Assembly (NCBI GenBank): GCA_964513515.1
Contig: CAZEMP010000003.1
Coordinates: 40,927-104,926, forward strand
Direction of reading: 5' to 3'
Source: an uncultured Candidatus Saccharibacteria bacterium
GTDB taxonomy: Bacteria; Patescibacteriota; Minisyncoccia; Phycocordibacterales; GWA1-40-21
Length of the DNA: 64,000 nucleotides
Position 1 is the first letter of the stretch, and each line of letters begins with the position of its first letter. A model generated the notes under the pieces. The model was not told the DNA's origin, searched no databases, and saw nothing but the letters and a program-made list of their open reading frames with translations. The position numbers and the translations under genes are program-made. Below are positions 48,809-56,596 of the stretch, piece by piece.

Positions 48809-48882
48809 TATAAGTAATTTTCCTTTTTTATTTAAACAATAAAAATGCTATAATTGTCGTATTAATATAATGTATAAAAATT

Positions 48883-49263
48883 ATGACAGAACAACCTAAC
48901 AGTGGAGAAGGATTAATGAAGCTGATGAGTGAAAAGCTTGATATATCTGAAAAAAATGCACAGATTACTAAAGAGGTAATAGATGAGGCAGAATCAATAA
49001 TGAAGATAGGACATATTGAGGCTGTACTTAAACATATTTCTGATTTTTGTGAATCTGAAAAATTGACAAGTGAAAATGTTAATGAAGTTATAAATTTACT
49101 CATTGTTATATTTAAAGCTTACCCAGAGTCAGAAGATTTTTTTAAGAAAAATTTAAAGGAAGCAATCGATAAACGTGGTATTCCAAATAAAAAAATTGAT
49201 ATAGACAAAATGAATCCTTTAGAAAAAATAGGATATTTTTTCCTTGATTTACAAAATGAATAA
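48883..49263 (+). CDS. hypothetical acidic helical protein, paralog family member 1
   Basis: Shares KAYPESEDFFKKNLKEAID motif with next two ORFs. Confidence 0.45.
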   Translation: MTEQPNSGEGLMKLMSEKLDISEKNAQITKEVIDEAESIMKIGHIEAVLKHISDFCESEKLTSENVNEVINLLIVIFKAYPESEDFFKKNLKEAIDKRGIPNKKIDIDKMNPLEKIGYFFLDLQNE

Positions 49264-49290
49264 TAATTTATAGTTAAAATTTATATAAAT

Positions 49291-49986
49291 ATGAATGAAA
49301 AAGAACCAAAAGATATAATAGATGAACTGTCCCCAGAGGAGCGTGTCTCAAGATTTAATAAGATCATGGGAATAGAACCTGAAAGAAAAAATAAAAGTGT
49401 TGAATCTGTAGATATAGGTGCTTTAGTTGTTGGAGTTGAGCTATTGATTATTAATTCGGTATTAAAAAACAATATAGATATTGCTCTAACGGGGCTTCAA
49501 AAATTAATTTCTAAATATCCTGAACTTAATATCAGAGATATGATAAAGGATAAGGTTGAAAGTCTAATTGATTGGCCAAGGTTAAATGTGGAACAAAAAA
49601 ATGGTCCAATAAAGGTTCTAGAGGATGTTGATTCAGATAATAGATTCAAAATTCTCGGTGAACTTAGAAACGCTTGTATCGCAGAAGGAATATACGGTAA
49701 AGAGTCAGAAGTCGCTCTTAAGGCGAGGCAATTGATAGAAGAATTAAGAGCGGATTTTTTGATTGCCAAATATTATGATAATGCTGAAAATATCAATAAT
49801 ATTTTAGCAAAATTTAGAGCTAAATTGGATAAATCTCCATCATTAAAAAAGAGCATTAAGGAGGAGATTGAAAAACTACTAAAAGACATTGATGGAAAAA
49901 TGCAGGATGAAACCCTTGCTGATGAGGAAAAGATTAATTTTCAAAACAGAAAATACTTTTTAATAGAACAGTTGGAAAATTTATAA
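49291..49986 (+). CDS. hypothetical acidic helical protein, paralog family member 2
   Basis: KYPELNIRDMIKDKVESLID ... ELRNACIAEGIYGKE. Confidence 0.45.
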   Translation: MNEKEPKDIIDELSPEERVSRFNKIMGIEPERKNKSVESVDIGALVVGVELLIINSVLKNNIDIALTGLQKLISKYPELNIRDMIKDKVESLIDWPRLNVEQKNGPIKVLEDVDSDNRFKILGELRNACIAEGIYGKESEVALKARQLIEELRADFLIAKYYDNAENINNILAKFRAKLDKSPSLKKSIKEEIEKLLKDIDGKMQDETLADEEKINFQNRKYFLIEQLENL

Positions 49987-50002
49987 TATTTCCTCATTAA
50001 TT

Positions 50003-50491
50003 ATGGAAGGTGAATTTGAAAAATTTGATCCACAAGACAAAATAAATGATATAAACGCAAATCGTGACAGATTATTACTTCCCAACGAACGCTTTATGAA
50101 GAAGCCTACTCGGGACAATAAGTCTCTCTTGAAAAAAGAAGGCAACACTCTTTATAGTAATAAATATAAAAGATTCATGTCAGATCAAGAATTAGAAGAT
50201 GAGTTTAATATACGCTTATTTATTTCTATGTGTTTAGAAAAAAAACAAGTAGAAGCGATTATTCTTGAATTGAAAGTATTGATAGAAAAACAACCACAAT
50301 TAAGACTTAAAGACGATATTAAAGAGGAAATCGACAGGCTTATAAATGAGACTCAACAGGAAATTGATACAACATTGAGAAAAAACCCACATTCTGAAAT
50401 AACCCCATCAATGAGAAAAGAAACATTAATGGAGCTCAAGAAAGCCTGTATAAAAGCTAAAATATATGGAGAACCTAAAAAAAGAAAATAA
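50003..50491 (+). CDS. hypothetical acidic helical protein, paralog family member 3
   Basis: KQPQLRLKDDIKEEIDRLIN ... ELKKACIKAKIYGEP. Confidence 0.45.
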   Translation: MEGEFEKFDPQDKINDINANRDRLLLPNERFMKKPTRDNKSLLKKEGNTLYSNKYKRFMSDQELEDEFNIRLFISMCLEKKQVEAIILELKVLIEKQPQLRLKDDIKEEIDRLINETQQEIDTTLRKNPHSEITPSMRKETLMELKKACIKAKIYGEPKKRK

Positions 50492-51680
50492 CCCAAAACC
50501 GAGACTTTTCGGATTACCTAGAAATGTTTTTTTTCTAGGCATTACTAGTTTTTTTAATGATTTTTCTTCCGAAATGGTTTTTTCTGTTTTTCCAGCCTTT
50601 TTTACCTCGGTGCTTAATACGGGCGCAGCATCTATAGGCTTTGTTGACGGAATTGCCGAAGGATTTTCAAATTTTTTCAAAATATACTCTGGCAATCTTT
50701 CTGACAGACTTCAGAGGAGAAAGCCTTTTGTTGTTGTTGGTTATATTCTCTCCACGCTTACTAGACCATTTTATATGTTCACATACACAGTACCTGGCGC
50801 ACTTGGACTACGTGTGCTCGATAGAATAGGAAAAGGTCTTCGTGATGCACCTCGCGATAGTATACTTTCTCTTTCTTCTCCTAGGAACGAATTAGGAAGA
50901 TCGTTTGGTTATCATAGGGCTATGGATACAATGGGCTCTATATTAGGACCTTTGGCTGCGTATTTTATACTTAAGTATCTTCCTTTAAATTTTAATGCCG
51001 TATTTTTGACCGCATTTCTGGCCGGAACAGTTACTATTTTTACATTCTTTTTCATATCAGATATTGTCTTATCGCAGCCATCTGTGAAAAAAAATAATAT
51101 CCTATCTGCTTTCAAAAATCTTTCTCTTCAATTTAAGTTATTTATATTGTCTATTTTTATTCTCTCTGTCGGTAGTTTGCCAGTAGTGGTAGTTTTACTG
51201 AAAGTCCAATCAATTGGTCTTTTGATTGCTAACATTCCTCTTTTTTATATGATTTATAATCTTTCTTTTGTGGTTTTTTCAACGATTGCTGGAAAGATGA
51301 GTGATAGTTTTGGCTCAAGGAAAATTATATTTTCAGGTTACACAATCTTGCTTATAAGTTATTTTTTTATAGGTATTGCAAACACACCATTAGCGCTTTC
51401 ATTTGGTTTTTTGTTATTTGGCCTTTTTCCTGCACTCACCGATGGTGTTCAACGCTCTTTTGCATCACAAATGTCAGAAGATGATATGCGTGGAAGCGCA
51501 TTAGGACTGCTTAATGCATCTGTGGGTATGGGTATTATTATAGCTGGAATAGGCGGAGGTTATCTTTGGCAGACTTTTGGTCCAACATTTACATTTTTTA
51601 TTTCCGGAACAATTATAATTATCGGTTTATCTTTATTTTTCATTTCTTCTATGAAGAGATTTAGGGTACAATCAAACTAA
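50466..51680 (+). CDS. MFS transporter
   Basis: 12 predicted TM helices, MFS-like GxLxDRxGRRK-type loop (LSDRLQRRKPF). Confidence 0.7.
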   Translation: MENLKKENNPKPRLFGLPRNVFFLGITSFFNDFSSEMVFSVFPAFFTSVLNTGAASIGFVDGIAEGFSNFFKIYSGNLSDRLQRRKPFVVVGYILSTLTRPFYMFTYTVPGALGLRVLDRIGKGLRDAPRDSILSLSSPRNELGRSFGYHRAMDTMGSILGPLAAYFILKYLPLNFNAVFLTAFLAGTVTIFTFFFISDIVLSQPSVKKNNILSAFKNLSLQFKLFILSIFILSVGSLPVVVVLLKVQSIGLLIANIPLFYMIYNLSFVVFSTIAGKMSDSFGSRKIIFSGYTILLISYFFIGIANTPLALSFGFLLFGLFPALTDGVQRSFASQMSEDDMRGSALGLLNASVGMGIIIAGIGGGYLWQTFGPTFTFFISGTIIIIGLSLFFISSMKRFRVQSN

Positions 51681-51682
51681 CA

Positions 51683-52390
51683 ATGAAATTAATTTTTTTA
51701 GATACAGAAACAACAGGAATAGAAATAGGTAAGGATAGGCTTTGTCAAATCTGCTATAAATACGCAGATGAAGTGAAAGCCGGATATTTTAAACCACCAC
51801 TACCTATGTCTGTGAAAGCTATGAGTGTTACTCATATCACAAACAAAATGCTTGAAGATAAGCAAGATTTTTCTAGTAGCGAAATGTTCAAGGAGTTGAA
51901 AAATCTTTTGAAAGACGGAATACTCGTGGCTCATAATGCACGTTTTGATATTTCCATGCTCGAATCAGAAGGTCTTAAAGTGCCAAAGTTTATATGTACC
52001 TTAAGAGTGGCGAGATTTTTGGATAAAGAAAATAAAATCCCAGAGCACAATCTACAATTTTTGAGATATTATCTAGATCTTAATATTGATGCTCATGCCC
52101 ATGACGCAAAAGATGATGTGAAAGTACTACACGCACTTTTTTATAGACTTTTAGATAAGATAAAAGAAGAAACAAAGGATGAGGATAAGGCAATAGAGAA
52201 AATGGTAGAGATCTCTGCAACTCCAACTTTATTTACAAAATTTAGCTTTGGCAAGTATAAAGATAAAACTGTAGAAGAGGTTTTTAAGAATGATAAAAAA
52301 TATTTAGAGTGGATGCTTGGCGAAAAGCTTAAAAATGAAGCTGGGGAAGAGGACTGGATTTATACTTTAAAATACTATTTAAATAAATAA
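51683..52390 (+). CDS. DEDDh 3'-5' exonuclease (DnaQ/epsilon-like)
   Basis: FLDTETTG (Exo I), LVAHNARFDISML (Exo II), HDAKDDVKVLHALF (Exo III). Confidence 0.8.
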   Translation: MKLIFLDTETTGIEIGKDRLCQICYKYADEVKAGYFKPPLPMSVKAMSVTHITNKMLEDKQDFSSSEMFKELKNLLKDGILVAHNARFDISMLESEGLKVPKFICTLRVARFLDKENKIPEHNLQFLRYYLDLNIDAHAHDAKDDVKVLHALFYRLLDKIKEETKDEDKAIEKMVEISATPTLFTKFSFGKYKDKTVEEVFKNDKKYLEWMLGEKLKNEAGEEDWIYTLKYYLNK

Positions 52391-52446
52391 TGACATTTTA
52401 AAATTTTTCTGTTAATCTTAATTATAGAAGGTCTTATGGAGGCGGC

Positions 52447-52617
52447 ATGTCTAAGTTAGATGATTCTATTTTTTGTGGCTGTGTTTGCCACAAGAATAAA
52501 GCCATAAAACATTGCATGCCGTGCTGTCAGCAATGTTTTAAGTGCTTTAAAAACATTAAGTTCGAACATTGGGAAAGTCACAACAAGACTTGTCCCAAAG
52601 TAGAGCCCTCACCTTAA
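52447..52617 (+). CDS. unannotated cysteine-rich 56-aa protein (11 Cys, 5 His)
   Basis: GGAGG SD 6 nt upstream of ATG; MSKLDDSIFCGCVCHKNKAIKHCMPCCQQCFKCFKNIKFEHWESHNKTCPKVEPSP; terminator immediately downstream; below ORF-track 60-aa cutoff. Confidence 0.5.
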   Translation: MSKLDDSIFCGCVCHKNKAIKHCMPCCQQCFKCFKNIKFEHWESHNKTCPKVEPSP

Positions 52618-52640
52618 AAGGAGGGCTTTCACTTTTCTTT
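52603..52640 (+). terminator. rho-independent terminator
   Basis: agccctc-(loop)-gagggct followed by ttcacttttcttt. Confidence 0.55.
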
Positions 52641-52675
52641 CATTTTATACAAAAATAATGTAATCTAGAGCATCT

Positions 52676-54127
52676 ATGGCTGATCACGGCGAGATTATAT
52701 TAAAATTTGAGGAAGTGTCTTTTGAATTTGGACACAATAAACCCATTCTTAATGAGGTAGATTTTACTGTACGTCGTGGAGCAAAGATCACTCTTATGGG
52801 TCAAAACGGCTCGGGAAAGAGTACTATTTTTAATCTTATAACTGGGCACTACAAACCAGAATCTGGAAAAGTACATATACAAAATAAGTTAACAATAGCC
52901 ACAGCGAAACAGGTTATTCCAAGATCGGATTTACATTTAACCGTAAAAGAATTTTTTGAAAAATGTTTTAAACATAAAGTTTATGATATTGAGCCAAAAA
53001 TTAAAGAGGTGCTTGATGTTGTAAATCTTAAGGCACCACTTGATAGGGAGGTAAAAACTTTTTCTGGAGGTCAGCAGGCAAGACTTCTTCTTGCTTCAGC
53101 ACTTATTCAAGATCCAGATCTTTTACTTTTAGATGAGCCGACAAACAATTTGGATAAGGCTGGTATCGCACATCTTACACAATTCTTAGTTGAATATAAG
53201 AAAACCTGTATTGTGATTTCTCACGATGCGGAATTTTTGAATGCTTTTACTCATGGTGTCTTATATTTGGATGTTCATACAAAAAAGATAGAGCAATATG
53301 TTGGAGACTATTTTGATGTTCGTGATCAGATTACGGCAAGAATAGAGAAGGAAAATATGAAAAATGCTCAACTGGCTAAAGAGATTCAAGAAAACAAAGA
53401 CAAAGCAAACTTTTTTGCCATGAAAGGAGGTCAGATGAGACTTGTAGCAAAGAGAATGAGAGAAAAAGCTGAAGAACTTGAAGAAGAGAAAGTAGATGTG
53501 AGAAGGGAGGATAGGACCATAAAGCCATTTAAAATACCAGCTCAATATGTACTTGGAGAAATTTTACACATTTCAGAGTTTGTGATTTTTAAGAATCATA
53601 AAAAAGTTGCTCGAAAGGCGAATATTTCTTTAAAGAAGAAACAGCATTTACTACTCACTGGTCCAAACGGCATAGGAAAGTCTACTTTGCTTGAATCACT
53701 TGCAAAAGGTGAAGCTAAGGGCGCAAAGATAGCAGACGGAGTAAAAGTCGGATATTATAGACAGGATTTCTCAACGCTCAATTTTGAAGACACTGTTTTT
53801 GATTCTTTGATGTCTGTGATGGATAAGCACATAGAACAAGAGATGAGAAATGTGGCTGCAGGATTTTTAATAACAGGTGATATGGTTTATACAAAAATCG
53901 GTAGTCTTTCAGAAGGACAAAAAGGACTTGTGGCTTTGGCCAGACTTGTTTTACAGAAGCCTGGACTTTTAATTTTAGATGAACCGACAAATCATATGAA
54001 CTTTCGCCATTTACCTGTTATAGCAAAAGCTCTAAGTGAATATGAAGGAGCAATGATACTCGTAAGCCACGTACCAGAATTTGTAAAACAAATAAGGATT
54101 GATGAAACTTTTGATTTGGAGAAATAA
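52676..54127 (+). CDS. ABC-F family ATPase (tandem NBDs, no TM domain)
   Basis: Two Walker A (GQNGSGKST, GPNGIGKST), two signatures (LSGGQQARLLLA, LSEGQKGLVALA), inter-domain linker. Confidence 0.8.
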   Translation: MADHGEIILKFEEVSFEFGHNKPILNEVDFTVRRGAKITLMGQNGSGKSTIFNLITGHYKPESGKVHIQNKLTIATAKQVIPRSDLHLTVKEFFEKCFKHKVYDIEPKIKEVLDVVNLKAPLDREVKTFSGGQQARLLLASALIQDPDLLLLDEPTNNLDKAGIAHLTQFLVEYKKTCIVISHDAEFLNAFTHGVLYLDVHTKKIEQYVGDYFDVRDQITARIEKENMKNAQLAKEIQENKDKANFFAMKGGQMRLVAKRMREKAEELEEEKVDVRREDRTIKPFKIPAQYVLGEILHISEFVIFKNHKKVARKANISLKKKQHLLLTGPNGIGKSTLLESLAKGEAKGAKIADGVKVGYYRQDFSTLNFEDTVFDSLMSVMDKHIEQEMRNVAAGFLITGDMVYTKIGSLSEGQKGLVALARLVLQKPGLLILDEPTNHMNFRHLPVIAKALSEYEGAMILVSHVPEFVKQIRIDETFDLEK

Positions 54128-54155
54128 TGAAAATTAACTCATAATATCTATATTA

Positions 54156-54183
54156 TTGACATAACTAAATAAAATGTTAGAAT
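54156..54183 (+). promoter_or_regulatory. sigma70-like promoter TTGACA-16-TAGAAT driving GC-rich island
   Basis: ttgacataactaaataaaatgttagaat; near-consensus hexamers. Confidence 0.55.
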
Positions 54184-54193
54184 CCAAAAAGAT

Positions 54194-54219
54194 GTGTAAT
54201 CCCAGATCGGGATTATAAT
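54194..54219. promoter_or_regulatory. operator-like palindrome TAATCCC-agatc-GGGATTA overlapping a TATAAT
   Basis: gtgtaatcccagatcgggattataat between promoter and SD of XRE-HTH gene. Confidence 0.45.
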
Positions 54220-54247
54220 TGTTGTTTGAAAGGAGGTTGAACAAAAG

Positions 54248-55063
54248 ATGTCCAATAAGTCCCCGCCGAAGAAAGAAGTGTTTGGGGGTTACTTGAAAGA
54301 GTGCCTCCAGCATTTCACTAACTGTTTCAATTCACAGATAGTGAAAGGGTCAAAAAAAGCAAATATGACCAGGAGACCTATAGCTGACTTCTGTGGTGTA
54401 AAAACCTCGGCAGTAGCCACATGGTTCAGGTCTCAAAATCCACCTGTTGGGGAAGTGCTCATTAAGTTGATGTGCTATCTCGACATGATTGGATACCGAG
54501 TGATGGAGTTGGAAAAACTCGGTCGTGGTCATATGATCAGGCGGAATTTCATGGAGCTAGTTGGCTTCGGAATTCTGTCTGGTCCGAAGGCTGCTGAGCT
54601 TATCGGTAAGGTCTCTGCCCCGGGTTTGTATCAAGTATTTTGGGGTAGAGAGGGCCTTAGCGGTCAGAAGCAGCAGTTGATGTGGGACATTTGGAAAGTA
54701 CATCGGGAGGTGTTAGAGAAAAAAAAGGAAGAGTCGTGGCGATTGTATCGTCCCAGATTTTCTCTGAGGGCTATTCCCAAAGAAAAAAAATCTGGGCAAC
54801 AGGTGTTGACTTCTAAAGCTGCTGTTATACCACCTAATGGTGAAAAAACAGCAGTACCTGTTGGGCCGATCTTTCGCCAGAAAGCGGCGGTCAACATCAT
54901 GGAAGGATTATTGTGCTTGTTCAGGGAGGGTATGTTTGAAAACCTCTCGGAAAGTGAGCTCAAGATCCTGAAAGAGTCACCAGCCATGAAGACGTTCTTT
55001 GACCTTTCAGCTCGTTTGGGCTTGTTATGCTCAAAGCTGGATCGGCGGTTGGTGAAACGTTGA
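54248..55063 (+). CDS. XRE-type helix-turn-helix protein with uncharacterised C-terminal domain (GC-rich island ORF A)
   Basis: AAAGGAGG SD; HTH RRPIADFCGVKTSAVATWFRSQNPPVGEVLIKL; about 48-50% GC. Confidence 0.5.
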   Translation: MSNKSPPKKEVFGGYLKECLQHFTNCFNSQIVKGSKKANMTRRPIADFCGVKTSAVATWFRSQNPPVGEVLIKLMCYLDMIGYRVMELEKLGRGHMIRRNFMELVGFGILSGPKAAELIGKVSAPGLYQVFWGREGLSGQKQQLMWDIWKVHREVLEKKKEESWRLYRPRFSLRAIPKEKKSGQQVLTSKAAVIPPNGEKTAVPVGPIFRQKAAVNIMEGLLCLFREGMFENLSESELKILKESPAMKTFFDLSARLGLLCSKLDRRLVKR

Positions 55064-55368
55064 TGATGATCGAGGAGGTCAGTGGAAAGACCATGCCAAG
55101 TAACGAGAGTTATGAAGCAATGGTTGAAAAGGTTATACCGGAAGGTCCTCACGGACCATACGGTGTTGCCCGATCGGAAAAATTGGACGGATCAATTACT
55201 TTCTCGCTAAACAAACCAGTTTGGCAAGAAATTTATCCGCCCGATTCTGGGACAATAGTGATATTGTCTCAAATCCGAAAGAAACGTGCTGGTTGGCGTG
55301 CCAACTATGCACGCTTCGTGACGCCCGATGATGTAACGAAAAGTAAGCTTGGAGGATGGTACAAATAA
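55063..55368 (+). CDS. hypothetical protein (island ORF B), translationally coupled to ORF A
   Basis: ATG overlaps ORF A stop (TGATG); alternative SD-led start MPSNESYE; ORF-track start 55027. Confidence 0.4.
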   Translation: MMIEEVSGKTMPSNESYEAMVEKVIPEGPHGPYGVARSEKLDGSITFSLNKPVWQEIYPPDSGTIVILSQIRKKRAGWRANYARFVTPDDVTKSKLGGWYK

Positions 55369-55447
55369 GTAAAACGTGATGGATGATTTATCAACCAGTC
55401 ATGTTTATGAACATCAACCAGAAGTTTAAGGAGCAAGGAGAAACAGC

Positions 55448-56224
55448 ATGAAGATCGTGAAAGTGCAGTTGAAGGATCTGAAGACGAACCTGTTCGTTCG
55501 ACAGGCGCTCAACCAAGACCACGCGCTTCGTCTGGCCGAGCTGATCGATGCGGGGGTGAAGCTCCCGCCGATCTTGATCACGGATCAGAGGGTCGTCATC
55601 GACGGCCGCCATCGCATCGAGGGGTACGATCTCAACAAGGTCCTCGAAGTCGAGGCCGAGGTCATCCACGTCGACAGCCAGGCCGACATGATCGCGAGGG
55701 CCTTCCTGGCCAACGTCGGAGGCGCGCTGCCGCCGACGAAGGAGGACTTGGAGCACACGGTGAAGACCATGCTCGAGCTCGGCGAGAGCAAGAAGAGCAT
55801 CGCGGAACGGCTGAAGCTCCCGATGGGCTTGGCTCGGAAGTACGTCAATTCCGTGCAGGCACGCATGATGCACGCGAAAAACGAGCGGGCCATCTCGGCC
55901 GTCTTGAACGGCGGGATGAGCGTGGCCAAGGCCGTGGAGTTGCACGGGGCGGACATGGCCGCGGTGAAGCACAAGCTCGGCGGCGGTCGCAAGCCGAAAA
56001 AGGGCATCCAGGAGATGCACCGGGCGCTCACCCAGACCCAGAAGTCCTTCGGTTCGAAGAATGCCGCGCTCTTGCGCAGCCTTCTCGAGAAGTACGAGGA
56101 CGGTGAGGTCTCGGCCAAGCAGGTCCAGGAGATCATCGAGCACCTCGAAGACCTCCAGCGCGGGCAGGCCCGCAACCTGGCCGACTGGAAGAAGCGGTTC
56201 AACGGGCTGTTCAAGAAAGCCTAG
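55448..56224 (+). CDS. ParB-like nuclease (ParB/Srx N-domain) + HTH protein (island ORF C)
   Basis: LPPILITDQRVVIDGRHRIEG ParB-box-like; HTH SIAERLKLPMGLARKYV; about 63% GC; AAGGAG SD. Confidence 0.6.
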   Translation: MKIVKVQLKDLKTNLFVRQALNQDHALRLAELIDAGVKLPPILITDQRVVIDGRHRIEGYDLNKVLEVEAEVIHVDSQADMIARAFLANVGGALPPTKEDLEHTVKTMLELGESKKSIAERLKLPMGLARKYVNSVQARMMHAKNERAISAVLNGGMSVAKAVELHGADMAAVKHKLGGGRKPKKGIQEMHRALTQTQKSFGSKNAALLRSLLEKYEDGEVSAKQVQEIIEHLEDLQRGQARNLADWKKRFNGLFKKA

Positions 56225-56241
56225 TTCAACCACTGAAATAC

Positions 56242-56283
56242 AAATGCCCCGGACGCGCTTGCGCGTCCGGGGCATTCTTTTTA
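56242..56283 (+). terminator. GC-rich hairpin terminator ending the island
   Basis: aaatgccccggacgcgc-tt-gcgcgtccggggcattt + ctttttta. Confidence 0.8.
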
Positions 56284-56490
56284 TACTTTATTTTTATAAA
56301 AATTCACAACCATTTGACAAAAATGACTTTATTTGCTACTATCAATAAGTAAATAAATCTCACTTAGAGATTATCTCACTGATTAAGCGTAAGAACACAT
56401 GTCGCCGAATCCGTGCGACATTTTTACATTTAATAATACAACCTATTTTAAATAGGTCTAATAAATCTTTAGTTACAAAATTTCTAGTAT

Positions 56491-56562
56491 TGTCATCCTC
56501 GCGGATGCGGGGATCCAGAATTAATATAATCTGGATTGCCACGCTTTGCTCGCAATGACACA
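56491..56562. repeat. imperfect inverted-repeat element (copy B, hybrid arms)
   Basis: tgtcatcctcgcggatgcggggatccag ... ctggattgccacgctttgctcgcaatgacaca. Confidence 0.7.
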
Positions 56563-56596
56563 AGGGAAATTGTGCGATTAAGATTAAAATAATAAT

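Noticed and set aside
55391-56275. Long minus-strand ORFs (294 aa and 209 aa) and a +96-aa ORF across the GC-rich ParB-like gene
   Set aside because: High-GC DNA yields long open frames in all phases. Only the plus-strand frame has an SD, a recognisable ParB/HTH domain organisation and a terminator.
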